DNA of 64,000 nucleotides, taken from assembly GCA_030295235.1 (NCBI GenBank), contig AP026137.1, positions 186,001-250,000 of the forward strand, in the 5' to 3' direction. Positions within the stretch are counted from its first letter, which is position 1. The number at the start of each line of letters is the position of its first letter. The notes beneath the pieces were generated by a model. The model ran no database searches. It was not told where the DNA came from and saw only the letters and a program-made list of their open reading frames with translations. A program made the translations under genes and the position numbers. This document shows positions 26,230 through 39,308 of this stretch, piece after piece. Origin of the DNA: Fistulifera solaris (lineage: Eukaryota).

Positions 26230-26915
26230 GTAAGATAACGAAGCGGTGCGAGCCGACGCAGAGCCAACGAGCCTCGCCCTTTTCACTCGAATGGACGAAA
26301 AGTTAAGATGATTCACGATCAGAGCACGCTGTTTGTCCGAATCCCGGCACGACTAGTATTATTACGCAACATTTTGTTGCAAATGTGCATTTTCTTGTGC
26401 GACCAGCGTCAAATAGATTTGAAGTTTTATTCCTTGATCAGCGTACGTGCTTGTTGACATCCGCACAATTCCCGGGATACTCGAGCGTGTAGAAGGGTCA
26501 AATTTCGTGCTTGAACCTCCTTGGCTTGAAGATGATGAATACCTTGCTATTCGCTCCTCGAAAAGAAGCCTTTTATCTTAACTTGTCTCTCTTTAGGTCC
26601 TGTGGTGACGGAACATGACTTATGTGCTCGAATCAAATCCTATCAAACAACCAAGTTGAGTATTCTTCACATGCGGTCCGATCGCTTCATGCCGCGAAGT
26701 TGGACCCATTCGTCGAAACCATTTGCCTTGTACTGGTAATCCTGACCTTCCAAGCACGGTAATGACTAGAGAAGTATAGCAATACTTTGTAAACAACTGA
26801 GTCAAATGAAATTTATGTAACCTTACCATCAATATTGGCAAAATTTATGTATCATCAATATTGGCGAGAAGCTAGAAAGGTGTCGACAGGTGAGCTTTGC
26901 CATTCGCGAGGTGCG

Positions 26916-29900
26916 TTAAAGGGCATAGAAGAATGAAAGCGGAACACCTACCAGAAACAACAGAAGGGAAGCCGTAGGCAAAGTAGTGCCGCTATTAACA
27001 TCTCCCTGCAAGTTGTTCCTGGCGATGCGGTTGTTCTCATACGACTCGTCCATCGATACTTTCAATCGTCGCGTTCCAAAAATATTCCATGGCAAATAAG
27101 TCAACGAGCCTGAATCATCGGTTTCATCACCAGGGGTTTCAGTGGGTGCTGGAACAACATCGTTGACCAAGGAAGTACCGGTAGATGAAGCCGTTGGAGC
27201 ATCCGTCACGTCCCCCCTCATTTATGGATGATCTACTTGGAGAACTCGTCAAATAATCATTGGTTGAGGAGGAAAACGATTGGCGCCGTCGTCACGTCCA
27301 CTTCACCAATCGTTGCTCGTGTGGGGCGAACCCGTGATGACACTAAACGTGGCAGACTTCGGTGGGGGATGTCGTCACGTCAACTTCACCAATTGGAGCC
27401 CAGCGTGGGGCGAACCCGTCATAACATTATAAGTGGCAGACTGGGTGGGGGGTGTCGTCACGTCAACTTCACCAATTGGTGCTCGAGTGGGCAAACCCGT
27501 AATAACACTATGAGTGCCAGACTCGGTTGGGGCTGTCGTCACGTCAACTTCACCAAATGGTGCTCCGGTGGGGGAGTCCGTGATATGAAGGCCAGACTTC
27601 GCTAGGGCGCTGATCGTCACGTCCACTTCGCTGAAAGGAGCTGGACTGGGCTTCTCGGTAATGACATGGGACACGGATGGAGCACTTGATGGGGACTCTG
27701 TCAACTCAACCTCGGTGAAAGGAGCTGGGCTGGGCTTCTCAGTAATGACGTAAGACACGGATGGAGCACTCGATGGAGATTCCGTCAAATCAACTTCGGT
27801 GAAAGGAGCTGGACTCGGTTTTTCCGTAATGACATGAAAAACGGATGGAGCCGCCGAAGGGGTCTCTGTCACGTCAACTTCGGCAAAAGGAGCAAGACTC
27901 GGCTTTTCGGTTATGACATTTGACACGGATGGAGGCGCCCGAAGGGGCCTTTGTAACATCTACTTCGGCGAAAGGAGCAAGACTTGGCCTTTCAGTAATG
28001 ACGTGAGAAGCAGATGGAGCCTCCGAAGGAGCCTCTGTTACGTCAACTTCGACAAAAGGGGCAAGACTTGGCTTTTCCGTAATGACATGGACTACAGAAG
28101 GAGAGCGGTAGAAGCGCCTCTGTCACGTCAACCTCAGTAAACGGAGCTAGACTCGGCTTCTCGGTAATGACATGAGATACAGAAGGAGCGGTGGAAGGGG
28201 GCCTCTGTCACGTCAACTTCCGCTTAAAAGGAGCAAGACTTCGGCTTTTCGGTATCGACATGAGACACGGATGGCGTGGTCGAAGGGGCCTCTGTCACGT
28301 CAACTTCCGCCAAAAGGAGCAAGGCTCGGCTTCTCAGTAATGACATGAGATACAGAAGGAGAGCGGTGGAAGGGGACTCTGTCACGTCAACTTCTGCAAA
28401 AGGGGCAAGGCTCGGCTTTTCGGTATCGACTTGAGACACGGATGGCGTGGTCGAAGGGGCCTCTGTCGCTTCAACTTCGGCAAAAGGAGCAAGACTTCGG
28501 CTTTTCGGTATCGACATGAGACACGGATGGCGTGGTCGAAGGGGCCTCTGTCACGTCAACTTCCGCACAAAAGGTGTAAGGCTCGGCTTCTCGGTAATGA
28601 CATGAGATACAGAAGGAGCGGTGGAAGGGGACTCTGTCACGTCAACTTCTGCAAAAGGGGCAAGGCTTGGCTTCACCGGTAATGATATGGGAAACGGACG
28701 GAGCAGCCGGGCGCCTCTGTCACGTCAACTTCTGCAAAAGGAGCAAGGCTCGGCTTTTCGGTATCGACTTGAGACACGGATGGCGTGGTCGAAGGGGCCT
28801 CTGTCGCTTCAACTTCGGCAAAAGGAGCAAGACTTCGGCTTTTCGGTATCGACATGAGACACGGATGGCGTGGTCGAAGGGGCCTCTGTCACGTCAACTT
28901 CCGCCAAAAGGTGTAAGGCTCGGCTTCGGTAATGACATGAGATACAGAAGGAGCGGTGGAAGGGGACTCTGTCACGTCAACTTCTGCAAAAGGGGCAAGG
29001 CTTGGCTTCTCGGTAATGATATGGGAAACGGACGGAGCAGCCGGCTCCCTCTGTCACGTCAACTTCGGCAAAAGGAGCTAGCCTCGGCTTTTCAGTGATG
29101 ACATTAGACACGGATGGGGCGACTGACGGCTCTTCTGACTCGTCGGATGGCATGATTGGAGGGATGACAACAGGTGCTTTAGTCGGAACAACGTGAGGCA
29201 CATCAACTGGCTGTTGCGATGGGACACCTCCTGGTTCAAAAGGCGGAATTACAATCGGTGCTCTCGATGGAACGACGTGAGGCACATCCACGGGCTGTTC
29301 GCGGCGAACGCCACCAGGTTCAAAAGGCGGAATTACAATCGGTGCTTTCGCCGAACGACATGAGGAACATTCGCTGGCTGTTGCGAAGGCACACCGCCCT
29401 GGTTCAAAAGGCGGAATAACAATAGGAGCTTTTGATGGAACGACGTGAGGCACATCCACGGGCTGTTCGCGAAGGAACGCCACCAGGTTCAAAAGGCGGA
29501 ATTACAATCGGTGCTTTCGCCGAACGACATGAGGAACATTCGCTGGCTGTTGCGAAGGCACACCGCCCTGGTTCAAAAGGCGGAATAACAATAGGAGCTT
29601 TTGATGGAACGACGTGAGGCACATCGACGGGCTGTTCGCGAAGGAACGCCACCAGGTTCAAAAGGCGGAATTACAATCGGTGCTCTCGATGGAACAACGT
29701 GAGGAACATCAACTGGCTGTTGCGATGGGACACCTCCTGGTTCAAAAGGCGGAATAACAACCGGTGCTTTCGTCGAACGACATGAGGCACATCAACTGGC
29801 TGTTGCGATGGGACACCGCCCTGGTTCAAAAGGCGGAATAACAATCGGTGCTCTCGATGGAACGACGTGAGGCACATCAACTGGCTGTTGCGAAGGCACA

Positions 29901-32900
29901 CCGCCTGGTTCAAAAGGCGGAATTACAATCGGTGCTCTCGATGGAACGACGTGAGGCACATCCACGGGCTGTTCGCGAAGGAACGCCACCAGGTTCAAAA
30001 AGGCGGAATTACAATCGGTGCTTTCGTCGAACGACATGAGGAACATTCGCTGGCTGTTGCGAAGGCACACCGCCTGGTTCAAAAGGCGGAATTACAATCG
30101 GTGCTCTCGATGGAACGACGTGAGGCACATCGACGGGCTGTTGCGAACGCCACCAGGTTCAAAAGGCGGAATTACAATCGGTGCTCTCGATGGAACAACG
30201 TGAGGAACATCAACTGGCTGTTGCGATGGGACACCGCCAGGTTCAAAAGGCGGAGTTACAATCGGTGCTCTCGATGGAACAACGTGAGGAACATCAACTG
30301 GCTGTTGCGATGGGAAACCTCCGGGTTCAAAAGGCGGAATAACAACCGGTGCTTTCGCCGAACGACATGAGGGACATCGACGGGCTGTTGCGATGGGACA
30401 CCGCCCTGGTTCAAAAGGCGGAATTACAATCGGTGCTCTCGATGGAACAACGTGAGGCACATCCACGGGCTGTTGCGATGGGACACCTCCTGGTCTAAAA
30501 GGCGGAATTACAATCGGTGCTCTCGATGGAACGACGTGAGGCACATCCACGGGCTGTTCGCGAACGCCACCAGGTTCAAAAGGCGGAATTACAATCGGTG
30601 CTTTCGCCGAACGACATGAGGAACATTCGCTGGCTGTTGCGAAGGCACACCGCCCTGGTTCAAAAGGCGGAATAACAATAGGAACTTTTGATGGAACGAC
30701 GTGAGGCACATCGACGGGCTGTTCGCGGCGAACGCCACCAGGTTCAAAAGGCGGAATTACAATTGGTGCTCTCGATGGAACAACGTGTGGCACATCCACG
30801 GGCTGCTGCGAAGGAACGCCACCAGGTTCAAAAGGCGGAATTACAATCGGTGCTCTCGATGGAACGACGTGAGGCACATCCACGGGCTGTTCGCGAAGGA
30901 ACGCCACCAGGTTCAAAAGGCGGAATTACAATCGGTGCTTTCGTCGAACGACGTGAGGGACCTCAACAGGCTGTTTGGATGGGACACCACCTGGTTCAAA
31001 TGGCGGAATCACAACTGGAGACCTCGGACGGAACAACATGAGGGACGTCAACAGGCTGCTGAGAGGGTACGCCCGGCTTGAAAGGTGGAATCACAACCGG
31101 GGCTTTCGATGGAATAACGTGAGGAACATCAATCGGTTGTTGCGATGGGACACCTCCTGGTTCAAAAGGCGGAATTACAACCGGAGTGCTTGATGGAACA
31201 ACATGAGGGACCTCGACAGGCTGTTGCGAAGGAACGCCACCTGGTTCAAAAGGCGGAATAACAACTGGAGATCTTGATGGAACAACATGAGGGACGTCAA
31301 CTGGCTGCTTTGACGGAACACCCCCTGGTTCAAAAGGCGGAATGACAACTGGAGCTCTTGACGAACGACATGAGGGACGTCAACAGGCTGTTGTGATGGT
31401 ACTCCGCCAGGTTCAAAAGGTGGAATTACAACCGGAGCCCCAGACGGAATAACATGAGGGACCTCAACCGGCTGCTGAGAGGGCACACCGCCTGGTTCGA
31501 AAGGAGGAATGACAACTGGAGCTCCGGATGGAATTGCTATTGGGACAACATTCGGCACGTCAGCAGGTGGTTTCGATGGTACACCACCTGGCTCAAAAGG
31601 AGGAATGACAATGGGAGCACCGGATGGAACAGCCACCGGAACAAGAACAGGCGGTTGCGAGGGTACACCACCTGGTTCGAAAGGCGGAATTACAACCGGA
31701 GTCCCAGACGGAATAACATGCGGTACATCAACAGGCTGCTGCGAGGGAACGCCTGCTGGCTTGACCGGTGGCGTATCATAGGGTGGCTTTTCATAAGGAG
31801 CCTTCGTAGGAATACCTTCCGGAACAACCGGAGGCATGTCCGATGGACGAGGAGTGGGAATGCCCGCTGGACTAACCGGTGGAATTTCATAAGGTGGCTT
31901 TTCGTACGGAGCCTTCGTCGGAATACCTTCCGGGACAACCGGCGGCATGTCCGATGGGCGACAGTGGGAATTGTCTCCGGACCGACGGGAGGAATGGCGT
32001 AAGGAGGTTTTTCATACGGAGCCTTCGTCGGAATGCCTTCAGGAACGACAGGCGGCATGTCCGATGGGCGACGAGTCGGAATTGTCTCGGGACCAACGGG
32101 AGGCAAACATGTAGGCACATCATCAGGAGTTCCCTCAGGAACGACAGGTGGAGTGAGCACAGTATCAATCGTATGCATGATCCCATTACTCGCCAAGATA
32201 TCCAATTGCACCGTTGCTGCAACTCCGTCGACTCGAACAATGCCATCTGCCTGAGTAATATCCAAGCTAGGACCAAGTACTGTCGTAAGCGTGCTGCCAT
32301 CTACCAAAAGAAACGACGGATAAACATTGATCACAAGATGATACTGCAATACCGTGGCCAACTCGTCGGGGTTCTCGGCGAGTGCGGTAAGAGTTTCGGC
32401 TGGGACAGCAGCAAAGGCGTCATTCGTTGGTGCAAACAAAGTGCGATTCATCGTTATCATGGCGTCTTCAATACCCGCCACCACGATGAGATCGGCCAAC
32501 GTTGTCAAGTCCTCCATGATATTCACAACGTCGAGCAACGATTGTGTCATGAAAGTGGGCCAAAACAAATCACAAACCTTGTGAACCACGCCATTGCTTG
32601 CCACGATATCCGTGTAGTGAAGAGGGTTGTTGGAGAAGGCATTTCCGTACACGTAAATGGCGCCATTCATCTCGGTGAAAGAGATCGTTTCTCCCAACAT
32701 GGTTGTGGCGTTGAAGCCTTCGACGAGAGCACTCGAGTAAATATCATCCATCAAAACATGAAAAGACAGAATTCCATTCAAGTGAAGAACCCAGTTTTCG
32801 GTAAGTAGATACGATGGTACGTTGGCATCCAAAGGTGCAAAGAAAGTCAATGGTTGCGAATCGTTCGAAAGTAGATCGACAAGACCCGCTGTATCCACTA

Positions 32901-33096
32901 GCGTTACCAAAGTCGTCAATCCTTCGTCTTCCTGGAGAAGTTCGTAGATAGTGGAAGCATTTTGTGTCGTCGGAGCTTGCAATGTTTGGGCGGGCACAGA
33001 CGCCGCTTCGAATGCGTCCACAAAGGCATTCCAGTCATCTGTCGCGAATACCCGAAAGGGCAGGAGCAGGAGAGGAATCCAGGAAATCGTCTTCAT
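26916..33096 (-). CDS. Giant fasciclin (2x FAS1) surface adhesin with Pro-rich and mucin-like repeat stalk and GPI-like C-terminus (~2000 aa, many indels)
   Basis: Signal MKTISWIPLLLLPFRVFA; two FAS1 domains (LTFFAP...ASNGVVHKV; TLFAPTNDAF...ASNGIMHTIDTVL); contiguous minus-strand repeats; C-terminus GTRRL...SGTTLPTASLLLFLVGVPLSFFYAL. Confidence 0.85.
27290..29110 (-). repeat. Coding tandem repeat, 84 nt / 28 aa unit (TEAPSTTPSVSHVDTEKPSLAPFAEVDV), roughly 20 copies
   Basis: Recurring CTCTGTCACGTCAACTTC.GCAAAAGG.GCAAG at ~84 nt spacing; more diverged toward the C-terminus. Confidence 0.9.
29150..31760 (-). repeat. Coding tandem repeat, 84 nt / 28 aa unit (PFEPGGVPSQQPVDVPHVVPSRAPIVIP), roughly 30 copies
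   Basis: Recurring GGTTCAAAAGGCGGAATTACAATCGGTGCT at ~84 nt spacing. Confidence 0.92.
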
Positions 33097-34664
33097 GAAA
33101 GAAGGACCCCAGATAGAGAAAACTTGTTATCGTTGTAATGAAGTGCGTGTTTTTTGTCAAAGTATAATGCGTCAATTTGTGTGAAAATCCTTCTCGACAT
33201 GAGAACATCTCAAAGGCGTGATCTCTTCTCCGAGCGGTACAAGTTATGGTATGTATCACTCCCCGTGATGTTTCCCGTTCATTTCATGTTGCATATTTAT
33301 CTGGTTCATTCGTGAAAGCCTAAGTAGATCAGGTATTTGTCCCAGCACCAGGTGATGCGCCTTTAGTAGGTGGACACCATGTCGTTACGGATCACGATTT
33401 ACGAATTATGAAAAAGTCTCGGCATTGACGATTCTCAAAGCGTCGTACTTAATGCCTTCGAAACATTTCTTATTCTGTATTCAATGTCGCGTATCATAAG
33501 TGTTGGACGTTTCCATAATACCGGCACCGCAGCACGAATCAAGACAATGAAGAACACGTCGACGATTTTCTCTTTTCGTGTTGCAGATTTCGGAACATGA
33601 GCGCCAAATCATGAGGGGGGCTTTTGTAGGAGATCATTTCAGAATAGAGGGTTTGCAGGTTCCTCTTGCAAAGAATGAAGTGACATCTTGATAAATTATC
33701 ATTCACATTTGCACTGCGATGAACTTTTTCGAAGCAAAGGTGAACCTCTCTCGGAGTCGGAGGTCGGAGGGTGGGCGCACAGTCGGCGAGCAAAGTTGAA
33801 TCACGGGTTACTCATGAGTGACTAAGTTGGCTCTTTTGTCGAAAAAATGTAGCTATGTGGATTTAAAAACAAGATCGACAAGGTTACCACAATGAAAAGC
33901 TCTCAAAAAATCACCGAACATTTGGCCTCAAATACGCATAGCTTACTTTTCATTGCAATTGTAACACTTGACGTCGAGTAGAAAACAAGCAGAAGCAGTT
34001 CGTCCATGAATCGAGCTGACCACTTGATCGCTCCTCTTCCTGTTATCAATTCAATTATGTGCGACAAGTAACATAAAGCAGGCTTGCGGATTTCGTGCTG
34101 AAGTGCTGACGGCTGACGGTTGACGCCACAACCACAACTTGATTGACTTCTGGGTCTCTCTGCAAGTATTTCAGGCCTATGACTTTTTGCTACAGTGAGT
34201 TTCTTTGGAGTTCGGTTCGAGACTCGAGAATAATGGACCACGGTTCAAGATCGATGATGAAATGAATTTGTAGGCAACACTCTAGTCGGCATCCCGTGAG
34301 AACTCCACTGTTCAATGCCCAGCGCGCAAACCGCATTAAGGTTCTCTCGTTGCAATGTCTGGTACCGTGTTGATAAAAGTAACTGTTGTAAACCTTAGTA
34401 AAATAATCGTACCCCAAAGTGAAAGACATCAATAAAGAATAGCGGACAGCGTATCAAATCGTGAGGAACCGGAAGAATGACCCGGTCATTTGTCCTTATT
34501 GTGTCAGTACTGAGTGAAGCTTCCTTCGCGAGTATTTTGCGTTCCAGCCTTCCATCCTCCTTTTTGCTTCGAAAAAGCGTCCACAGAGCTGAATACGAAA
34601 GCCTCATCATACAAAAATCAAACCCATTACAAAATAAAAACAGCAAACACATCCACTTCGCAAC

Positions 34665-35871
34665 ATGAGGCCACTGCAAATAGCGACATCAAATGTCATT
34701 TTCATTCTTTTCATCGTCTTGCAAAGGGCTGTCGCACCCGCCCCTCCCGAATTGACGGTAGGTGTTTTTGCGGTGCTGCTCGCTCTCAACCTTGTCGATC
34801 TTATCTCTCACTTTGTGCTTATTGGCAATCCTTTAGATCGGAAACATCAACTTAGCAAATACCTTGTTTAATGTGGGGCAAGGACTTACAGATGAAAGTG
34901 CTGCTTATAACCACATCCAAATAAACGAAACGCCAGGTACCTCGCTGGGTCTATCCAACAACCCAGGAGGCTCACCAGGGACGACATTTTACAGTTTTAC
35001 CGTCTTGGCCCCTGGTTGCGGTGCGATCGGCAACACAGCCGTTTCGATCAAAACTTCGTACGATTCCGACGGACATTTGACGGGGGCCAACACGGTTGAC
35101 TTGGAATTGGCCGTCGGTATTTGGGGAGGAACCCACTACGATATTCTTTCGGACCGATCAAAATTTGGCGTTTGCATTCAAGCCGATATTTTCGTTATTG
35201 ATGGGGGCAATAATCCGCAGGTTCTCGAAAGCAAACAATTTGACTTTGTCATCACACCACTTCTGAACGACTTCTCGGTCAACCCCGTGAACCTGGACAC
35301 GAATGCTATCTCGAAAGTTACTACCGACACTTTGATATCTGGTACCACCGTGACACCGCATTGGGCAGCAAGCAGTCCACTGGCACCCGGCGAGGCAGTT
35401 TGGTTCTACCTTACCATCGATACGGCTCCTTATGTATTTACCAGCTTTCAAGAAGTGCAGATGACGGTGGGAGGAGGAGCACCTGTTAGTTTGGTGACGG
35501 GAGGTGCCATTGTAGATGGCGTATTAACAAGCTTCGAGTTAGCTAACGGTGGAACCACGATGCATTTTTATCATGTTCTGTTACGATCAAAGTTTGCAAC
35601 TGAAGCTCAGCAGATTGCTCTGACGGGTCGGGCCAACGTTGTCTATTCAGCAGGTCGTCGGTTGGACGGTGACACAGCGGAGAACAACTTTGAAGTAAGC
35701 GAGTATGAGAGTCAGACAGCAGAATCCGAAAGCAAAGAGGCGGACTTTACGGTCCGAGCAGTAATGCAGCCTTACGACGGCAGTGAAGAAGATAGCGGTG
35801 GTTCGAAGCTTGAAATATTATCCATGATGATCGGAGGTGCTGGATTGGCTAGTGCAGCTATTCTGTTCTAA
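34665..35871 (+). CDS. RRL surface family member (divergent, complete)
   Basis: Exon 34665..34757 signal ...RAVAPAPPELT, intron 34758..34836, exon 2 IGNINLANTLFNVG...FGVCIQAD...AGRRL...ADFTVRAVM...LEILSMMIGGAGLASAAILF. Confidence 0.85.
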
Positions 35872-36929
35872 AAAGCCTTCAAAAAGAGCATATTCATTGT
35901 TTCTCGGGCGCACATGCAATGGATTTGCTAAACTTGCAATAGTAATCATTATAATTCATAACAACAGATTGATACTTTCGTATACTCATTATCTAACACC
36001 TATAATCCTAATGAACACTTGTCTTTTGTTCCGATTGCCTGCACCCGTTTATCTAATAGAGGGCAGCTCATCCTTGCTGTAAAACATATCTAATGAGCCT
36101 CTCGTCTTATCTATTTGCAACTCGTTAAGCTACCGGTACTGTAACACTAGCTCTTAATTCAAGAGGTACTTTCAATCGTCCCTCCCGACTCTTTTCGACC
36201 CCGACCCCCAAAGAAAAGACGAAACCCAAACTTCAAAGTTAAGTGCGGCTACATCGCACTCTAGAGGGGCGCTCAAGAAGTTTACTCTGTTAACATGACA
36301 AATGACTCTAGAGCCTACCTAGTGACCTCGGATAAATTTCCTGCCTCCTGTTCCCGGTTCCCGCCTTGGTTCACGAAATGAAATATTTAGTCTTTTCCTT
36401 CACGTTCCACTGATAAAGTATTGTCATATACAGTACTGATGACACTCTCCACTATCCGCAAAAATCAAAACTCGAAGACTTTGATACGCGGTACCTGTCA
36501 GCAATGACTTTTGACACGATGATCGATTATCGATTTCAAATAATGATAGCAACGAAAGAATACTCAGAGTGTTCCATTACTGCGATTTACTATATTAATT
36601 CCTAATTCCTTCTTGAGTGATCGTCCAATGTTCCAATGTTACGGTTTTTCTAAGATCATGACCGGCTTGTGTACTTTCGATTACAGTATATACAACAATG
36701 CGAGCTGCGAACTGCGAACCACTTCGTTCCCGAGCGAATGACAAAAGACAAGTGAAAATAGTGAAAAGCTGATTTTTTATTTGTAATCCAACCACCAGAT
36801 GACCCGAGCTCTTCCCGTTTTTGTCGATTGCAGGTTCAGGTCGAACTTTATTTCCTCATCTCATAAAATAAAAATTCGTCCAAACGAGAAGCAGTTTAAC
36901 AGCAGCCTAGCTACAAAACAACGCCAAAA

Positions 36930-38138
36930 ATGAAGTTTCTCCTCTCCACTCTCGCCCTTCTCGGTTTCGCCAACCAGGCCTACGCGCAACTTCCTCCCAC
37001 CCTCACGGTACGTTCGCATCACGAGTTCATCTTTGTCCACTTCTGAAAAGCATTGGCCTTTACTCGCTCGAAAAAAATGTCTTGTGTCAAACTTGATTGC
37101 CGAAACCAACACCAACCCGACGCCATTCTTCCCCTTATTTATTCTCAGATCGGAAATGTCAACGATGTACTCACCGAGTTCAACGTCGGTGAAGGCAACA
37201 CTGATGAAACCACAAGTTTGAACCACATCCAGATCGCCGGCACTGCCGGTACCGACGTTGACATTTCGAACAACCCGGGACCCAACCCGCCGGCCGGTAC
37301 GAAGTACTACGAGTTCACCATTCTCGCCCCTGGCTGCCTCGCTGCCGGAGACGGAGCCGTGACTGTGAAGACATCGTACGATCAAGACGGTCATTTGACA
37401 GCTCTTAATACCGTCGACATGGAAATCGCTGTTGCTCCTTGGGGTACATCGGTTCACGCCGTGGAGGGCAAGTTCGGCGTGTGCATTCAAGCCGACATTA
37501 TGATGATCAACGCAGCCCTGGAAGCGGTAGTCCTCGAGCGCAAGCACTTCGATTTCCGCGTGACACCCATCCTTTCGACATTCACCGTCAGTTCAGATAT
37601 CGAGAATAACGCAGTTGACGTTGGTGGCTCAACAACCGAGCAATCCGGTACAACGGTCACGGGAGCGTGGGAAGGCACCAACCCTCTACCTCCCGGTGAG
37701 CCCATCTGGTTCAGCCTCGCCGTCGATGACCAGGACTACAACTTTGTCGAATTCGAAACCGTCACCATGAAGATCGGCGCGGAAGCGGCTACTAACCTCA
37801 TCACCGCCACAGTTCCCGTTGATTCTGCCTTGACCAGCTTTGAGTTGGGTGCTACCCTCAAAACCATCAATTTTTACCACATTCTTCCCCGATCCGCCTT
37901 TGGAGCCACATCGCAAACTCTCACCATGACGGGTAAGGCTCTTGTCGACTACGTCGGACCCATTCGTCGTCTGCGCGGTGCTGAAGACCGCGAGCTTGCC
38001 ACGGTGCCTGTAACGACCGACTTTTCGATGGAAGCTGTAATGCTGGCCGATGAAGGCGGTAACAGCGGTAGTTTCAAGATTGAGATTTTGTCCCTCGTAG
38101 TTGGCGGCGTCAGTGTCATCGGTGCGGCGGTGCTTTGA
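36930..38138 (+). CDS. RRL surface family member (complete)
   Basis: Exon 36930..37007 MKFLLSTLALLGFANQAYAQLPPTLT, intron 37008..37148, exon 2 to IRRLRG...TDFSMEAVM...IEILSLVVGGVSVIGAAVL. Confidence 0.88.
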
Positions 38139-38555
38139 AGAACCACGCCATGTTTTGCAGAGAACAAGATTTTTTTAACAGAAAGAGCAGAACATTCATA
38201 ATCCATTCACCCTGGCAACCATTTATAGTAACAACGCTATAGCCAGCAGTTTCATCCGTCATATTTTGTCCACAACAATTTATTGGAAAGGGTACCATTT
38301 TTTCGCCGGAAACTGGTTCCCTTTTCGTTTCTTTCGTTGGAACGTTTCAATATAGGCTACCTGATGATCGGCATTTGAGGGCGAAAGACACACGACACGT
38401 TTGCGCAGTCACTGATATTGAAGCATACCCTCCGTTCTTTTTACGACGAAGCGTTGACATGCGTTTCCGCCACGTTTGTTTTTGATGAAGATTTTTCATC
38501 TTTAAAAAAGATCGAACAGACTAAGAAGAGACTTGACAATACGCTATCGCTCTTT

Positions 38556-39008
38556 TCAATCTGTATGATGTAGTTTCTTGTGTCGTAATTCCAGCCAATC
38601 TTTTTCTATTTCAGCGGCTTCCAACCGAGCTTTTTTCGTCAATGCTTGTGCCTGTATGACTTGCAGCTCTTCCTCGGCCTCAATTGTTTCTCGATCCATC
38701 AACAATAAAGATAAACGCAAGGTACGGATCAAACCCAATAGATGAGATGCGGCGACGCAAATGTTTTCGGTCGCCGCACGACACTGGACTTGACTCTGTG
38801 CGATATTGGCCGCCAAAGGAGGCGGAGGAGGATCTTGTAGAGACGTCATGTGACCACCGCCCGCACGGGGATCATGCTGCTGCGTCGAAGGTGCTGCAGC
38901 GGCGGCCTTGAGCAAATTAAGATACTGATTCGATAGTCGGTTGCAGGTAGCGTTCAGTGACTGTTCCCATTCTTCCGCCGGGGTAGCGTCTTTCTCGATG
39001 CGTTCCAT
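38556..39008 (-). CDS. MED22: Probable Mediator subunit 22 (Surf5/Srb6 family)
   Basis: 150 aa, helical; NQYLNLLKAA and RAATENICVAASHLLGLIRTLRLSLLLMD resemble the Med22 core. Confidence 0.55.
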   Translation of the reverse strand: MERIEKDATPAEEWEQSLNATCNRLSNQYLNLLKAAAAAPSTQQHDPRAGGGHMTSLQDPPPPPLAANIAQSQVQCRAATENICVAASHLLGLIRTLRLSLLLMDRETIEAEEELQVIQAQALTKKARLEAAEIEKDWLELRHKKLHHTD

Positions 39009-39308
39009 ACTTATGAGGACTAAGAGTAATGTTAAGAAGCAAAGGGAAATTCAATTAATTGTGTTGTAATAGGGAAAGGAACAACAATAATAAACAGCAA
39101 TGAGAGCACTAAACAATAAAGCAATACTGGTAAGTGGTAAACGGGCAAAAGCTAGGCCGCTACGCAAGCAAAGGAGTTGTGTATCAACAATCAACGCACT
39201 CATCGATCGCATCGCCACACAGACGGATGGCGCACAACAACAAAAAATAACATCCACTTCGCTCTCCATTCCATTTGGTAAGGTCATCGCAAAAATAAGA
39301 AGAAAAAT

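Noticed and set aside
26300..26360. Helitron 3' end (CTAG|T) explaining the captured gene fragments
   Set aside because: No convincing subterminal hairpin and no matching 5' TC end.
27290..31760. CRISPR-like array
   Set aside because: Units are contiguous 84-nt coding repeats without unique spacers; eukaryotic context and no cas genes.
31454..32808. Long plus-strand ORFs overlapping the fasciclin gene, and similar antisense ORFs elsewhere
   Set aside because: Shadow frames of well-supported genes on the opposite strand.
33200..34600. Short ORFs between the adhesin and the 34665 gene
   Set aside because: No recognisable motifs or splice-consistent structure; treated as divergent promoter/intergenic DNA.
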